DNA from: Proteobacteria bacterium HN_bin10 | GTDB taxonomy: Bacteria; Pseudomonadota; Alphaproteobacteria; Caulobacterales; Aquidulcibacteraceae | NCBI GenBank assembly: GCA_002083515.1 | Contig: LWDN01000051.1 | Coordinates: forward strand, 27,561-91,560 | Length of the DNA stretch: 64,000 bases | Direction of reading: 5' to 3' | Shown here: one piece after another, positions 30,414-39,661 of the stretch | How positions within the stretch are numbered: position 1 is the first letter of the stretch | Layout of the letters: every line of letters starts with the position of its first letter | The notes under the pieces: model-generated | Told to the model about the DNA's origin: nothing | The model's input: the letters and a program-made list of their open reading frames with translations, nothing else | The model's database searches: none | Program-made: the position numbers and the translations under genes

Positions 30414-31619
30414 ATGAAATTCGGCATCGATCGGCTGCTTGAGGACCCCGCGTTGCGCGCACCTTTGCGCAGCAAGCGGGTGGCGTTGGTGGCGCATCCA
30501 GCCTCGGTGACGCGCGATTTGACGCATTCGCTCGATGCGTTGATGGCTTGCGAGGACGTGCGCATCACAGCGGCGTTCGGGCCGCAGCACGGCATGCGCG
30601 GCGACAAGCAGGACAATATGGTGGAGTCGCGCGATTACACCGATCCCGTGCACGGCATTCCGGTGTTCAGCCTCTATGGCGATCAGCGCACGCCCACGGG
30701 GCAGATGATGTCGACGTTCGACGTCGTGCTGATCGATCTCCAGGATTTGGGCTGCCGCATCTACACGTTTATCACGACCCTGCTTTACATGATCGAAGCG
30801 TGCGCACGCGACGGCAAAGAGGTGTGGGTCCTGGATCGGCCCAATCCTGCTGGGCGGCCGGTCGAAGGGCTGACGCTCCGCCCGGGCTGGGAGAGCTTTG
30901 TCGGCGCCGGGCCGATGCCGATGCGCCACGGGCTGACGCTCGGCGAATTGGGCCGCTGGTTCATCGATCACTTCAAGCTCAACGTCGCTTATCGTGTGAT
31001 CGAGATCGAAGGCTATCGGCCCGATGACGCGCCCGGCTACGGCTGGCCCATCGCCTCGCGCACCTGGGTTAACCCCTCTCCGAACGCGCCCAATCTCTGG
31101 ATGGCGCGCGCCTATGCGGGCACGGTGATGGTGGAAGGCGCGACTCTCTCAGAAGGGCGCGGCACGACCCGGCCGCTGGAGATGTTCGGCGCGGGCGACA
31201 TCGATGCGCGCAAGGTGATGGCCGAGATGAATAGGCTGGCGCCGCATTGGCTCAAGGGCTGTAAGCTACGCGAAATCTGGTTCGAGCCGACTTTCCACAA
31301 GTGGGAAGGACAGCTCTGCCATGGCGTCCAAATCCACTGCGAAGACCCTGCCTATTACGATCACGAGGCGTTCAAACCCTGGCGGGTGCAGGCGCTGGCG
31401 TTCAAGGCGATCCGACGGCTCTATCCGGACTATCAGCTCTGGAGAGAGTTTTCGTACGAATATGTGTTCGATAAGTTGGCGATCGATGTCATCAACGGCT
31501 CGCCGCTGTTGCGCCAATGGGTCGACGATCCTGAAGCGGCGCCCGGCGATCTCGACGCGCTGACGCTGCCGGATGAGCAGGCATGGCTCGCCGAGCGCGC
31601 GCGGCACCTGATCTATTGA
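30414..31619 (+). CDS. NamZ-like exo-beta-N-acetylmuramidase (DUF1343)
   Basis: FGPQHG, FSLYG, DLQDLGCRIYTF, LDRPNP, RHGLTLGE, SEGRGTTRP. Confidence 0.92.
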   Translation: MKFGIDRLLEDPALRAPLRSKRVALVAHPASVTRDLTHSLDALMACEDVRITAAFGPQHGMRGDKQDNMVESRDYTDPVHGIPVFSLYGDQRTPTGQMMSTFDVVLIDLQDLGCRIYTFITTLLYMIEACARDGKEVWVLDRPNPAGRPVEGLTLRPGWESFVGAGPMPMRHGLTLGELGRWFIDHFKLNVAYRVIEIEGYRPDDAPGYGWPIASRTWVNPSPNAPNLWMARAYAGTVMVEGATLSEGRGTTRPLEMFGAGDIDARKVMAEMNRLAPHWLKGCKLREIWFEPTFHKWEGQLCHGVQIHCEDPAYYDHEAFKPWRVQALAFKAIRRLYPDYQLWREFSYEYVFDKLAIDVINGSPLLRQWVDDPEAAPGDLDALTLPDEQAWLAERARHLIY

Positions 31620-32701
31620 TCGAAGGGTCAAAGCCTCCGCCAGACCGCGATGTGGGGCTCGACGTGGCGCGCGGCCTGCTCATGGCGTGGATCGTCATCG
31701 TCATTCACGGCATTTTCTGGCTTGGGATCGCGCCGCGCGACATCGGGGCGCTGCTTCTCTTCGAAATGCCGCCGATCTTCATGATCACCGGCGCCGCCTA
31801 TTTTCTCGCCGAAGGCGCGCGGAAAGAGCGCCTCACCGTTGGCGCTTACCTGGATTTCCTGCTGCGCCGCGGGGTGCGCATCTATCTGCCATACCTCGTT
31901 TACGTTCTCGCCGCGGCTTTGGTGGTGACGTTCATCGGCTGGGATGGCGCGTTCAGCTGGCAAGAGGCCTGGGCGCGGCTATCTTCGTGGATCAACCCAG
32001 CTGCGCGCGGCGCTGGGCAAACTTGGAACATGCTGAGCTGGCATTTGTGGTTCATCGCGCCCTTCATACTGGTGACCGCGCTGCTGCCGTTTCTGACCGC
32101 GCTCCGTCCGCCTCAGTTCGTCAAACCCTGGATGCTGGTCTGCGGCGGCGTCCCGCTCATGCTCGCACTGGATACTGTGCATCTGGCGGCGCCGTTCGAC
32201 GATCAGATCGTCAAGCACACGATCTTCTACGCGCTCTGGACGATGTTCGGCTTCATGCTGGCGGCCGCGCCAAGGCGCTGGAGCGTTGGCGACTATCGGA
32301 TTGCACTCGCGCTCGCGCTGGCCGGGATGGCGGGCGCTCTGGTGCTGTTGCCGGGCGAGGTCAGCCTCGACATGCAGGCAAACAAATTCCCGCCGAACAC
32401 GATGTTCTTCCTGTTCTCGAGCGTTTGGATGATGGCGCTTCTGATCGCCGCGAGAGGGATCAGCGAGGGGCGGTTGCAGGCGCTGGCGCGTTCGTCGCTT
32501 CTGAAGCCGTTCATGACCGCCGGGTATTCGATCTATCTGTGGCAGGGCATGGGCTATTCGCTCGCCGCCTTTGCGGGGAGCGGACTCGGCGCCGGCAAGT
32601 ACGTGATCTGGATCGCGGCGGTGGTGCTGACGATCGCGCTAGGCTTGCTGTTCGCGCCCTTGGAGCGCGTGCGGCTTCCGAAGCGCGCGCGTCCGGCATA
32701 G
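31616..32701 (+). CDS. Acyltransferase family 3 membrane protein
   Basis: RD.GLDVARG....IVVIH, MPPIFMITG, RRGVRIYLPY, HLWFI, SIYLWQ; TTG start overlapping the upstream stop is inferred. Confidence 0.82.
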   Translation: MIEGSKPPPDRDVGLDVARGLLMAWIVIVIHGIFWLGIAPRDIGALLLFEMPPIFMITGAAYFLAEGARKERLTVGAYLDFLLRRGVRIYLPYLVYVLAAALVVTFIGWDGAFSWQEAWARLSSWINPAARGAGQTWNMLSWHLWFIAPFILVTALLPFLTALRPPQFVKPWMLVCGGVPLMLALDTVHLAAPFDDQIVKHTIFYALWTMFGFMLAAAPRRWSVGDYRIALALALAGMAGALVLLPGEVSLDMQANKFPPNTMFFLFSSVWMMALLIAARGISEGRLQALARSSLLKPFMTAGYSIYLWQGMGYSLAAFAGSGLGAGKYVIWIAAVVLTIALGLLFAPLERVRLPKRARPA

Positions 32702-32748
32702 CTGGAGGAAGCCGTTGCTCTTGGGCGCGAATTTGGCATCCTGACGGC

Positions 32749-33390
32749 GTGAAGCCGTTCACCACCGACGACCTGCTCGCCTGCTACAAGCGCGGCGTCT
32801 TTCCGATGGCCGAGAGCCGCGACGACGAGGGTTTCTTCATAGTCGACCCCGAATGGCGCTGCGTCCTGCCGCTCGATGGCTTCCACGTGCCGCGCCGGCT
32901 CGCCCGCACGCTGCGGCAAGACCTATTCACGTTTACCGTCGACCGCGACTTCGCCGCCGTGATCGATGCTTGCGCCGCCCCGGGCAAGGACCGCGAAGAC
33001 ACCTGGATCAATCCCGACATCCGCGCGCTCTATCTTGAGCTGCATCGGCGCGGCCTCGCTCATAGCGTCGAGGCGCGGCTTGATGGCCAGCTAGTTGGCG
33101 GGCTCTACGGCGTCGCCCTCGGCGCCGCCTTCTTTGGCGAGAGCATGTTCTCCCAGACGACCGACGCCAGCAAAGCCGCGCTCGTGCATCTCGCGGCGCG
33201 CCTCAAGTACGGCGGCTTCAAACTACTCGACGCCCAATTCATTACGCCGCACCTGGAGCAATTCGGCGCACAGACGCTGCCGCGGCGAATCTTTCAGGCG
33301 CTGCTCGGCGTCGCCCTCGATGCACGCGGCGACTTCCGCGCGCTCCCGGAGAAAACCAAAGGCGCTGATCTGGTGAAGATTGCGCGTTAG
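32749..33390 (+). CDS. aat: Leucyl/phenylalanyl-tRNA--protein transferase
   Basis: CYKRGVFPMA, TWIN, AHSVE, LVGGLYGV, FFGESMFS, DASKAAL. Confidence 0.95.
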   Translation: MKPFTTDDLLACYKRGVFPMAESRDDEGFFIVDPEWRCVLPLDGFHVPRRLARTLRQDLFTFTVDRDFAAVIDACAAPGKDREDTWINPDIRALYLELHRRGLAHSVEARLDGQLVGGLYGVALGAAFFGESMFSQTTDASKAALVHLAARLKYGGFKLLDAQFITPHLEQFGAQTLPRRIFQALLGVALDARGDFRALPEKTKGADLVKIAR

Positions 33391-33468
33391 CGCGGGCCGC
33401 TGAAGCAGGTTGGGCCAACGCCTTTGTTCTTGATATACTTGCCACCGAAGCGCCGTCGGTCGACGCGG

Positions 33469-34242
33469 TCAAATCAGCCCGCCTAACGGCGAGCTTGGAT
33501 CCGCGTATTTCTTCTTTGGCATGCGCCCGGCGAGGTAGGATTCTCTGCCAGCGATCACTGCGTGCTTCATCGCGCGCGCCATGCGGATGGGGTCCTTGGC
33601 TTCCGCGATGGCGGTGTTCATGAGCACGCCGTCCACGCCGAGTTCCATCGCCACAGTCGCATCGCTCGCGGTGCCGACGCCGGCATCGACGATGACGGGG
33701 ACGCGGGATTGTTCGACGATGAGGCGGATGTTGACCGGGTTCTGGATGCCGAGCCCCGAGCCGATCAGCGAGCCCAGCGGCATGATGGCGACGCAACCGG
33801 CGTCTTCGAGTTTCTTGGCGTAGACGGGATCGTCGCTACAATAGACCATCACTTCGAAGCCTTCGGCGACAAGGATTTTGGCGGCGCTGAGCGTCTCTTC
33901 CATGTCGGGATAGAGCGTCTTCTGGTCGGCGAGCACTTCGAGCTTCACCAGCTTCCAGTCGCCCGCCTCGCGCGCGAGGCGCAGCGTGCGCAGCGCTTCG
34001 TCGGCGGTGAAACAGCCGGCGGTGTTGGGCAGGAAGGTCGTCTTCTTGGGATCGATGTGATCGGTGAGGCGCTCCTTGCTCGGATCGGAGAGATTCACGC
34101 GCCGCACCGCAACCGTGACGATCTCGGCGCCGCTGGCTTCAAGCGCGGCGGCGTTCTGGGCGTAGGTCTTGTACTTGCCCGTGCCGATGATGAGGCGGGA
34201 GGCGTAGCTCTTGCCGGCGATGGTGAGTGGGGCGTCAGTCAT
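33469..34242 (-). CDS. thiG: Thiazole synthase
   Basis: [39 protein letters not shown]. Confidence 0.97.
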   Translation of the reverse strand: MTDAPLTIAGKSYASRLIIGTGKYKTYAQNAAALEASGAEIVTVAVRRVNLSDPSKERLTDHIDPKKTTFLPNTAGCFTADEALRTLRLAREAGDWKLVKLEVLADQKTLYPDMEETLSAAKILVAEGFEVMVYCSDDPVYAKKLEDAGCVAIMPLGSLIGSGLGIQNPVNIRLIVEQSRVPVIVDAGVGTASDATVAMELGVDGVLMNTAIAEAKDPIRMARAMKHAVIAGRESYLAGRMPKKKYADPSSPLGGLI

Positions 34243-34430
34243 GGCGCAGGCCTCGTCCCTCCCCGCACGGGGAGGGTGTCAGATTACGCGGAGCGGAAGC
34301 TGACGGGTGGGGAGAAATTGTTCGCATATCGCCGCCGCCCCGCCCGTCGATGCTGCGCATCGACAGCCTCCCCGCACGGGGAGGGACGGTGGTGTTCTGG
34401 CCGGCGATGAGTGGGGCGTCAGTCATGGCG
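34213..34430. repeat. Direct repeat of the thiG 5' end
   Basis: 34213-34246 and 34400-34430 are identical apart from a 3-nt indel; perfect 23-bp core TGAGTGGGGCGTCAGTCATGGCG. Confidence 0.9.
34254..34388. repeat. REP/RIME-like palindromic element
   Basis: Terminal palindromes CGTCCCTCCCCGCACGGGGAGGG and CCTCCCCGCACGGGGAGGGACG enclosing internal hairpins. Confidence 0.85.
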
Positions 34431-34743
34431 TCGATACTTCCACGAAAGCTCCAGGCGCAATTGCTTCAAGAGCTTTCACAATAAGGTTGGCATGCGGCCG
34501 AAGGCGCGGCCAGTTTGCCGTTTTCAGAACGACGATTGCGATGCGCCGCTGCGTCAGGTTTTGCTGATATTGGAGATTCTGATCGGTGGTGACAAAGACT
34601 TCGAAACCGTCGGCCTCAGCAGCAGCCAGGAGCGCCCCGTTTTCGAGCCGATCCCACCCACACTCAAACGCAGTCTTCACTTCGTGGCTCGACAGCGCCC
34701 TGCGCAGCGGCCCTGGCGTCCCCTGATCAAGGAGGATTTTCAT
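34423..34743 (-). CDS. DUF5615/VapC45-like PIN toxin
   Basis: MKILLDQG.P, GW..LENGALL..AE..GF.VFVTTDQNLQYQQN. Confidence 0.85.
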   Translation of the reverse strand: MKILLDQGTPGPLRRALSSHEVKTAFECGWDRLENGALLAAAEADGFEVFVTTDQNLQYQQNLTQRRIAIVVLKTANWPRLRPHANLIVKALEAIAPGAFVEVSTP

Positions 34744-34753
34744 GCTTGCGCTG

Positions 34754-34972
34754 TCAGACGGTTTCGAGGCTGCGCTGCGCGTGCTCCAGGACAGCGTCTA
34801 CTTGACTGCGCTGCACGCCCTGGAACCATTCCAAGAACTCATCGACCGTGGCGCCGCCTTCTAGGTTCTCGAAGAGCGCCTTCACCGGCACGCGCGTGCC
34901 CTTGAACACCCAGGCCCCGCTTACCTTGGCGGGGTTACGTTCGACTTCGGAACATTCAGACCAGTCGATCAT
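34754..34972 (-). CDS. DUF433 antitoxin
   Basis: VERNPAKVSGAWVFKGTRVPVKALFENLEGGATVDEFLEWF. Confidence 0.9.
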   Translation of the reverse strand: MIDWSECSEVERNPAKVSGAWVFKGTRVPVKALFENLEGGATVDEFLEWFQGVQRSQVDAVLEHAQRSLETV

Positions 34973-35009
34973 GATGTGAACCTGCGACTTCGAACTTTCA
35001 AAAACAAGC

Positions 35010-35210
35010 TTACCCGCCCCCCACGAACTGGACGATCTCAAGCTGATCCCCGTCTTGAAGCGCGATCTCAGACCATAGGCTCTTAGGCGCGATCTCGCGG
35101 TTGCGTTCGACCGCCACCCGGCGGCCGTCGATCCCCAGGGAGGCGAGCAGGCCGGCCAGGGTCGCCCCGTCAGGCGCTTCTCGCATTTCTCCGTTGACCG
35201 TCAGACGCAT
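35010..35210 (-). CDS. thiS: Sulfur carrier protein ThiS
   Basis: MRLTVNGE, VAVERNREI, GDQLEIVQFVGGG C-terminus. Confidence 0.95.
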   Translation of the reverse strand: MRLTVNGEMREAPDGATLAGLLASLGIDGRRVAVERNREIAPKSLWSEIALQDGDQLEIVQFVGGG

Positions 35211-35302
35211 AAGCCTTCCTATCCGCCCCGACTTAGGACCCCTTGAGCCGGGGTTCAACGGAAGCCCCCTTCCGCCCGCGAGAAGGACGTTTTCTGGGGA
35301 CG

Positions 35303-35761
35303 ATGCCGGACGCCAAACCGATCTACGTGCTGAACGGCCCCAACCTAAATCTGTTGGGGACCAGAGAGCCGCACATCTACGGCCACGTCACTCTGGCCGA
35401 GATCGAGACCGCGTGCGCCGAACGGGCTATGCAGCTGGGCCGCGCGATCGTCTTCCGCCAGTCGAACGTCGAGGGCGAGTTGGTCACCTGGCTGCAGGAG
35501 GCCCGCGACAAGGCGGCGGCTGTCGTTCTAAACGCCGGCGCCTATACCCACACCTCGGTCGCGCTCCATGACGCCATCAAGGCGATCGGCGTGCCGGTGA
35601 TCGAGACCCACCTCTCCAACCCTTCGGCGCGTGAGGATTTCCGTCACGTTTCGCTCGTGGGCCAAGCCGCAAAGGGCGTCATCGCCGGCTTTGGGGCGAC
35701 ATCGTATTTACTGGCCATCGAGGCGGCTGCCTTGCTGGCGAATGAAGGCAAGAACGCGTGA
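35303..35761 (+). CDS. aroQ: Type II 3-dehydroquinate dehydratase
   Basis: [39 protein letters not shown]. Confidence 0.96.
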   Translation: MPDAKPIYVLNGPNLNLLGTREPHIYGHVTLAEIETACAERAMQLGRAIVFRQSNVEGELVTWLQEARDKAAAVVLNAGAYTHTSVALHDAIKAIGVPVIETHLSNPSAREDFRHVSLVGQAAKGVIAGFGATSYLLAIEAAALLANEGKNA

Positions 35762-36339
35762 GCAAGAAACGATCCCGAGCCGTTGTGAAGAAAGCGCCGG
35801 TGCGCGTGCCAGCGAAACGTGAGCCCAAGCGCAAGGCCTCCAAGAGCGGCGTCGATGCCGAGCTCGTACGCGATCTGGCCAAGGTGCTGGACGACACCGG
35901 CCTGACCGAGATCGAGGTCGAGTACGGCGAGTTGCGGCTGCGCTTGGCGCGCACGCTGACCATGGCCCCGCCGCCGCCCGCGCATACGCATGTCGTGCAC
36001 TCGGCGCCCGCGCCGGCCGCCGTTGCGCTGCCGCCGCCAGCAGCAGCGGCGCCACCGCCGCCGCCCGCGGCGCCCCAAGCCGCGCCGGAGGATGCCGCTT
36101 CGCACCCGGGCGCAGTGCTGTCGCCGATGGTAGGCACTGCTTATCTGGCGGCCAACGAGGACGCGCCGCCGTTCGTCAAGGTCGGCGACCGTGTCACCAA
36201 GGGCCAGACCATTCTGCTGGTCGAGGCGATGAAGACCTTTAACCAGATCCATGCGCCGCGCGACGGCGTGGTCCGGCAAATTCTGGTCGGCAACGCCGAT
36301 CCGGTCGAATTCAACCAGCCGCTGATGATTATCGAATGA
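35758..36339 (+). CDS. accB: Biotin carboxyl carrier protein
   Basis: SPMVGT, EAMKTFN biotinylation motif, Pro/Ala linker. Confidence 0.96.
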   Translation: MSKKRSRAVVKKAPVRVPAKREPKRKASKSGVDAELVRDLAKVLDDTGLTEIEVEYGELRLRLARTLTMAPPPPAHTHVVHSAPAPAAVALPPPAAAAPPPPPAAPQAAPEDAASHPGAVLSPMVGTAYLAANEDAPPFVKVGDRVTKGQTILLVEAMKTFNQIHAPRDGVVRQILVGNADPVEFNQPLMIIE

Positions 36340-36356
36340 AGAAGGCAGTAGGCCTG

Positions 36357-36489
36357 CTCGCCCTTGATGGGCGAGCTGTCAGTCCGCCGAAGCCGAAAGG
36401 CGCAGGCGGAATGATTGAGTGGGTGATTCCTCGAAACTGTGCCGCCACCCACTCCGGCGCTTCGCGCCACCTCGCCCATCAAGGGCGAG
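36357..36489. repeat. REP/RIME-like palindromic element between accB and accC
   Basis: Perfect 19-bp inverted ends CTCGCCCTTGATGGGCGAG / CTCGCCCATCAAGGGCGAG with internal hairpins. Confidence 0.85.
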
Positions 36490-36504
36490 GAGGGGTTTCA
36501 GCCG

Positions 36505-37860
36505 ATGTTTGACAAAGTCCTCATCGCCAATCGCGGCGAGATCGCGCTCCGCATCCACCGCGCCTGCAAGGAGATGGGCATCTCCACGGTCGCGGTGCAC
36601 TCCACGGCGGACTCCGAGGCGATGCACGTGCGCTTGGCGGACGAGAGCGTCTGTATCGGGCCCCCGCCTGCCGCCAAGAGCTATCTGCACATTCCCTCGA
36701 TCATCGCCGCCGCCGAGATCACCGGCGCACAGGCGATCCATCCGGGCTACGGCTTCCTCTCGGAGAACGCCAAGTTCGCCGAGATCGTCACCCAGCACGG
36801 CATGACCTTCATCGGCCCGACGGCCGAGCACATCCGGCTGATGGGCGACAAAATCGCCGCCAAGCAAGCCGCCATCGACACCGGCATGCCCGTGGTGCCG
36901 GGCTCCGCTGGCGGCGTCGCCGATGAAGCGGAGGCCAAGAAAGTCGCCAAGGAGATTGGCTACCCGGTCCTGATCAAGGCGTCGGCCGGCGGCGGCGGGC
37001 GCGGCATGAAGGTCGCGCGCACCGAAGAGGATTTGTCGGAGGCCTACAACACCGCCCGCGCCGAAGCGAAGGCCGCCTTCGGCAACGATGAAGTCTATAT
37101 GGAGAAATATCTGACGCATCCGCGTCACATCGAAATCCAGATCGTCGCCGACAGCCATGGCAACGTCATTCATCTGGGCGAGCGCGATTGTTCGCTGCAG
37201 CGCCGCCACCAGAAGGTGCTCGAAGAGGCGCCCTCGCCCGCGCTCAACGCCGAGGACCGCGCCCGCATCGGTCAGATCACCGCGGACGCGATCAGGAAAC
37301 TCGGTTATCTCGGCGTCGGCACCGTCGAATATCTGTTCGAAGATGGCGAGTTCTATTTCATCGAGATGAACACGCGTCTGCAAGTCGAGCACCCGGTCAC
37401 GGAGATGGTCACCGGCATCGATCTGGTGCGCGAACAGATCCGCATCGCCGATGGCGCACCGCTTTCGGTCAAGCAGCAAGACGTGAAGTTCCGCGGCCAC
37501 GCCATCGAGTGCCGCGTCAACGCCGAGAACCCGGTGAGTTTCCGCCCGTCGCCCGGCAAGATCACCGGCTTCCATCCGCCCGGCGGTCTCGGCGTACGCC
37601 TCGATAGCGCCATTTACGCGGGCTATTCGATTCCGCCTAATTACGACTCACTGATCGGGAAGCTCATCGTCCATGGCCGCGACCGCGCCGAGTGTCTCAT
37701 GCGCTTGCGGCGTGCGTTGAATGAGATGGTGATCACCGGCGTGGAAACGACATTACCGCTGTTCCGCGACCTCATGAACGAGCCCGACGTCCTCAATGGC
37801 GATTATTCGATCCATTGGCTGGAAAAGAACCTCAAAGCCAAACTGGAGTCGGAGACCTGA
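36505..37860 (+). CDS. accC: Biotin carboxylase
   Basis: [43 protein letters not shown]. Confidence 0.97.
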   Translation: MFDKVLIANRGEIALRIHRACKEMGISTVAVHSTADSEAMHVRLADESVCIGPPPAAKSYLHIPSIIAAAEITGAQAIHPGYGFLSENAKFAEIVTQHGMTFIGPTAEHIRLMGDKIAAKQAAIDTGMPVVPGSAGGVADEAEAKKVAKEIGYPVLIKASAGGGGRGMKVARTEEDLSEAYNTARAEAKAAFGNDEVYMEKYLTHPRHIEIQIVADSHGNVIHLGERDCSLQRRHQKVLEEAPSPALNAEDRARIGQITADAIRKLGYLGVGTVEYLFEDGEFYFIEMNTRLQVEHPVTEMVTGIDLVREQIRIADGAPLSVKQQDVKFRGHAIECRVNAENPVSFRPSPGKITGFHPPGGLGVRLDSAIYAGYSIPPNYDSLIGKLIVHGRDRAECLMRLRRALNEMVITGVETTLPLFRDLMNEPDVLNGDYSIHWLEKNLKAKLESET

Positions 37861-37861
37861 T

Positions 37862-38317
37862 ATGCGTGCGTTGCTCGTAGCCATCGCGGCGCTCGCCGCC
37901 GCCTGCTCGCCGCCAGCGACCACCACCGAGGCGCCCGCCGCGGTCGAAGCGCCGGCTGCGCCCAATGCTGCAACCCAAGCCGCGCTCGACGTGTTGACGC
38001 CGATCATCTCGACCGAAGTCGGCAAGCCGGTGAGTTTGCAACCGAGCACAGCCACCATCCGCGACGGATGGGCCTACATCGACGCGGAGGTTCTCAATGC
38101 CGACGGGTCCGCCATCGATTGGATGACCACCAATCTGGCCAGCCGCTACGAAAACGGCGTTATGGACGAGGGCGGCGGCGTGCATGCCCTGCTCAAGAAC
38201 GAGAACGGGACCTGGACGGTGCTCGAGCACGTTATCGCGCCGACGGACGTCGCCTGGATCGACTGGGTCGACCGCCATGGCGTGCCGGCCGACATTCTTG
38301 GGCTGCCCGAGAACTAA
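37862..38317 (+). CDS. Putative lipoprotein
   Basis: Lipobox LAAAC after a hydrophobic signal; starts 2 nt after the accC stop. Confidence 0.8.
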   Translation: MRALLVAIAALAAACSPPATTTEAPAAVEAPAAPNAATQAALDVLTPIISTEVGKPVSLQPSTATIRDGWAYIDAEVLNADGSAIDWMTTNLASRYENGVMDEGGGVHALLKNENGTWTVLEHVIAPTDVAWIDWVDRHGVPADILGLPEN

Positions 38318-38344
38318 CGGGTTAACGGCGCCCGGCTTGCAGAC

Positions 38345-38378
38345 ACGAGCCCCAGTTCATTCTGGGGCTCGTTTCTTT
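38345..38378 (+). terminator. Intrinsic terminator of the aroQ-accBC-lipoprotein unit
   Basis: ACGAGCCCCAG-TTCATT-CTGGGGCTCGT-TTCTTT. Confidence 0.75.
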
Positions 38379-38591
38379 ATGGCTCAACAATCCTTCGCCG
38401 GCTTGGCCGTGCTTGTCGTCCTCGCCTTCACGCTAATGGCGCTGTCCGCCTGCGTCAGTTCGGAACAGGCGGGTCCGCAGAGCTTGCTGAGCGCCGCTGC
38501 GCCGCCCGCGGACGTTGGCACGTCGGAATTTCACGGCGCTGCTCTCGGCGAGGACGCCCTCCGCTCACGCCTCGGCGCCGAAGGCGTATAG
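38379..38591 (+). CDS. Possible small lipoprotein
   Basis: MAQQSFAGLAVLVVLAFTLMALSAC lipobox; no SD, and the ATG abuts a terminator. Confidence 0.45.
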   Translation: MAQQSFAGLAVLVVLAFTLMALSACVSSEQAGPQSLLSAAAPPADVGTSEFHGAALGEDALRSRLGAEGV

Positions 38592-38636
38592 CGGATGCGA
38601 CCGAGGCGATAGGACCGTGCCGCTGGGACTTGCTGC

Positions 38637-39641
38637 TCAGCCTTCTTTGGGAACAATCGCGGCGAACTCGGCCTTGGGCAACGACAGGGAGCCCAACGGC
38701 AAGCCGCCGCCCTGCTCCACCAAAACGCTGAGATGACGCTTGAACAGTGCGCCTTCGCTATAGAACAGGGCTGCGCGCGGCCCCTTGTCGGTCTCCGCCC
38801 GAAACGCAAAAGCGCGAACATCCGGCCCATCGGGCCAAGCCGAGCGCATCGGTGCGAAGCCCATGGTTCGCAGGCCCGTGATTTGTAGCCCCGCCATGTC
38901 GCAGAGCGCCTTCACGGCTCGGAAAGACGGTTCGCTGCGCAAGCGCTCGGCCCGCAGCCTGTCCGCTTCAAGCTTGCGCCGCGCAAACAGCGGATTGCCC
39001 TGAGCCACACGCTGGAGATGCGCATTCATTTCCGAGTCCGGGGCCAGCTTGACTTTGCGCAGGCTCTTCAACCACGTCTTGTGGCGCGGCGTGAGCGGCT
39101 CCTTCAATTCCAACTCGGCAAAGCGCTTGTCTAAGTCTTTGAGCGCGGCCTGGGGCGAGCGATAGCCCTTGCTCGCCGCGACCTTGCGCGCCGCCGATGG
39201 TTTTGCGCGCTTCAACCGCACCATCAGGTTGAACAGATCGAGATGCGGATCGGCGAGCATGCTCTTGAGACCAGCGGCGGCGCAGTGCAGCGCAATCTCA
39301 TCGCCGCCGCGATTGGCAAAGTATTGGGCATGCCCGCCCGTCCTCGCCTGCACCAGATAATCCCGGGTGTAGAAGCTCCACAACGCTTCTTGGGCAAACT
39401 CTCCAGGCAGGAAATGCGCTTGGTTCATGAGCGCATCCGCCCACGCGTCGGTCGCCAACACCAATTGCTCTGGGTCGCCGTGATCGGCGGCGCTCTGCGG
39501 CAGCACGATCTCGTCCGATATGAGTCCCTGGAACGTCGTCAACGGGGAAGCGCCCGAGCAGCGAGCGCGCTGGTGCTGCACGATCCACGGGATCGGCTGC
39601 TCGACTTCACCAGGCGTCTCGATTGTCGTCTCGATGCTCAC
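38637..39641 (-). CDS. Hypothetical protein with a DMP19/DUF4375-like segment
   Basis: YTRDYLVQARTGGHAQYFANRG resembles the DUF4375 motif; directly downstream of prfB. Confidence 0.6.
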   Translation of the reverse strand: MSIETTIETPGEVEQPIPWIVQHQRARCSGASPLTTFQGLISDEIVLPQSAADHGDPEQLVLATDAWADALMNQAHFLPGEFAQEALWSFYTRDYLVQARTGGHAQYFANRGGDEIALHCAAAGLKSMLADPHLDLFNLMVRLKRAKPSAARKVAASKGYRSPQAALKDLDKRFAELELKEPLTPRHKTWLKSLRKVKLAPDSEMNAHLQRVAQGNPLFARRKLEADRLRAERLRSEPSFRAVKALCDMAGLQITGLRTMGFAPMRSAWPDGPDVRAFAFRAETDKGPRAALFYSEGALFKRHLSVLVEQGGGLPLGSLSLPKAEFAAIVPKEG

Positions 39642-39661
39642 GCGGGCCCCCGCCCAATCCC

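Noticed and set aside
31687..32748. 567-aa ORF suggesting a long N-terminal fusion to Aat
   Set aside because: The upstream part is an off-frame shadow of the acyltransferase gene; Aat homology starts at GTG 32749.
34254..36489. Palindromic repeats as a CRISPR array or IS ends
   Set aside because: No regular repeat-spacer periodicity and no cas or transposase genes; they fit REP-like elements.
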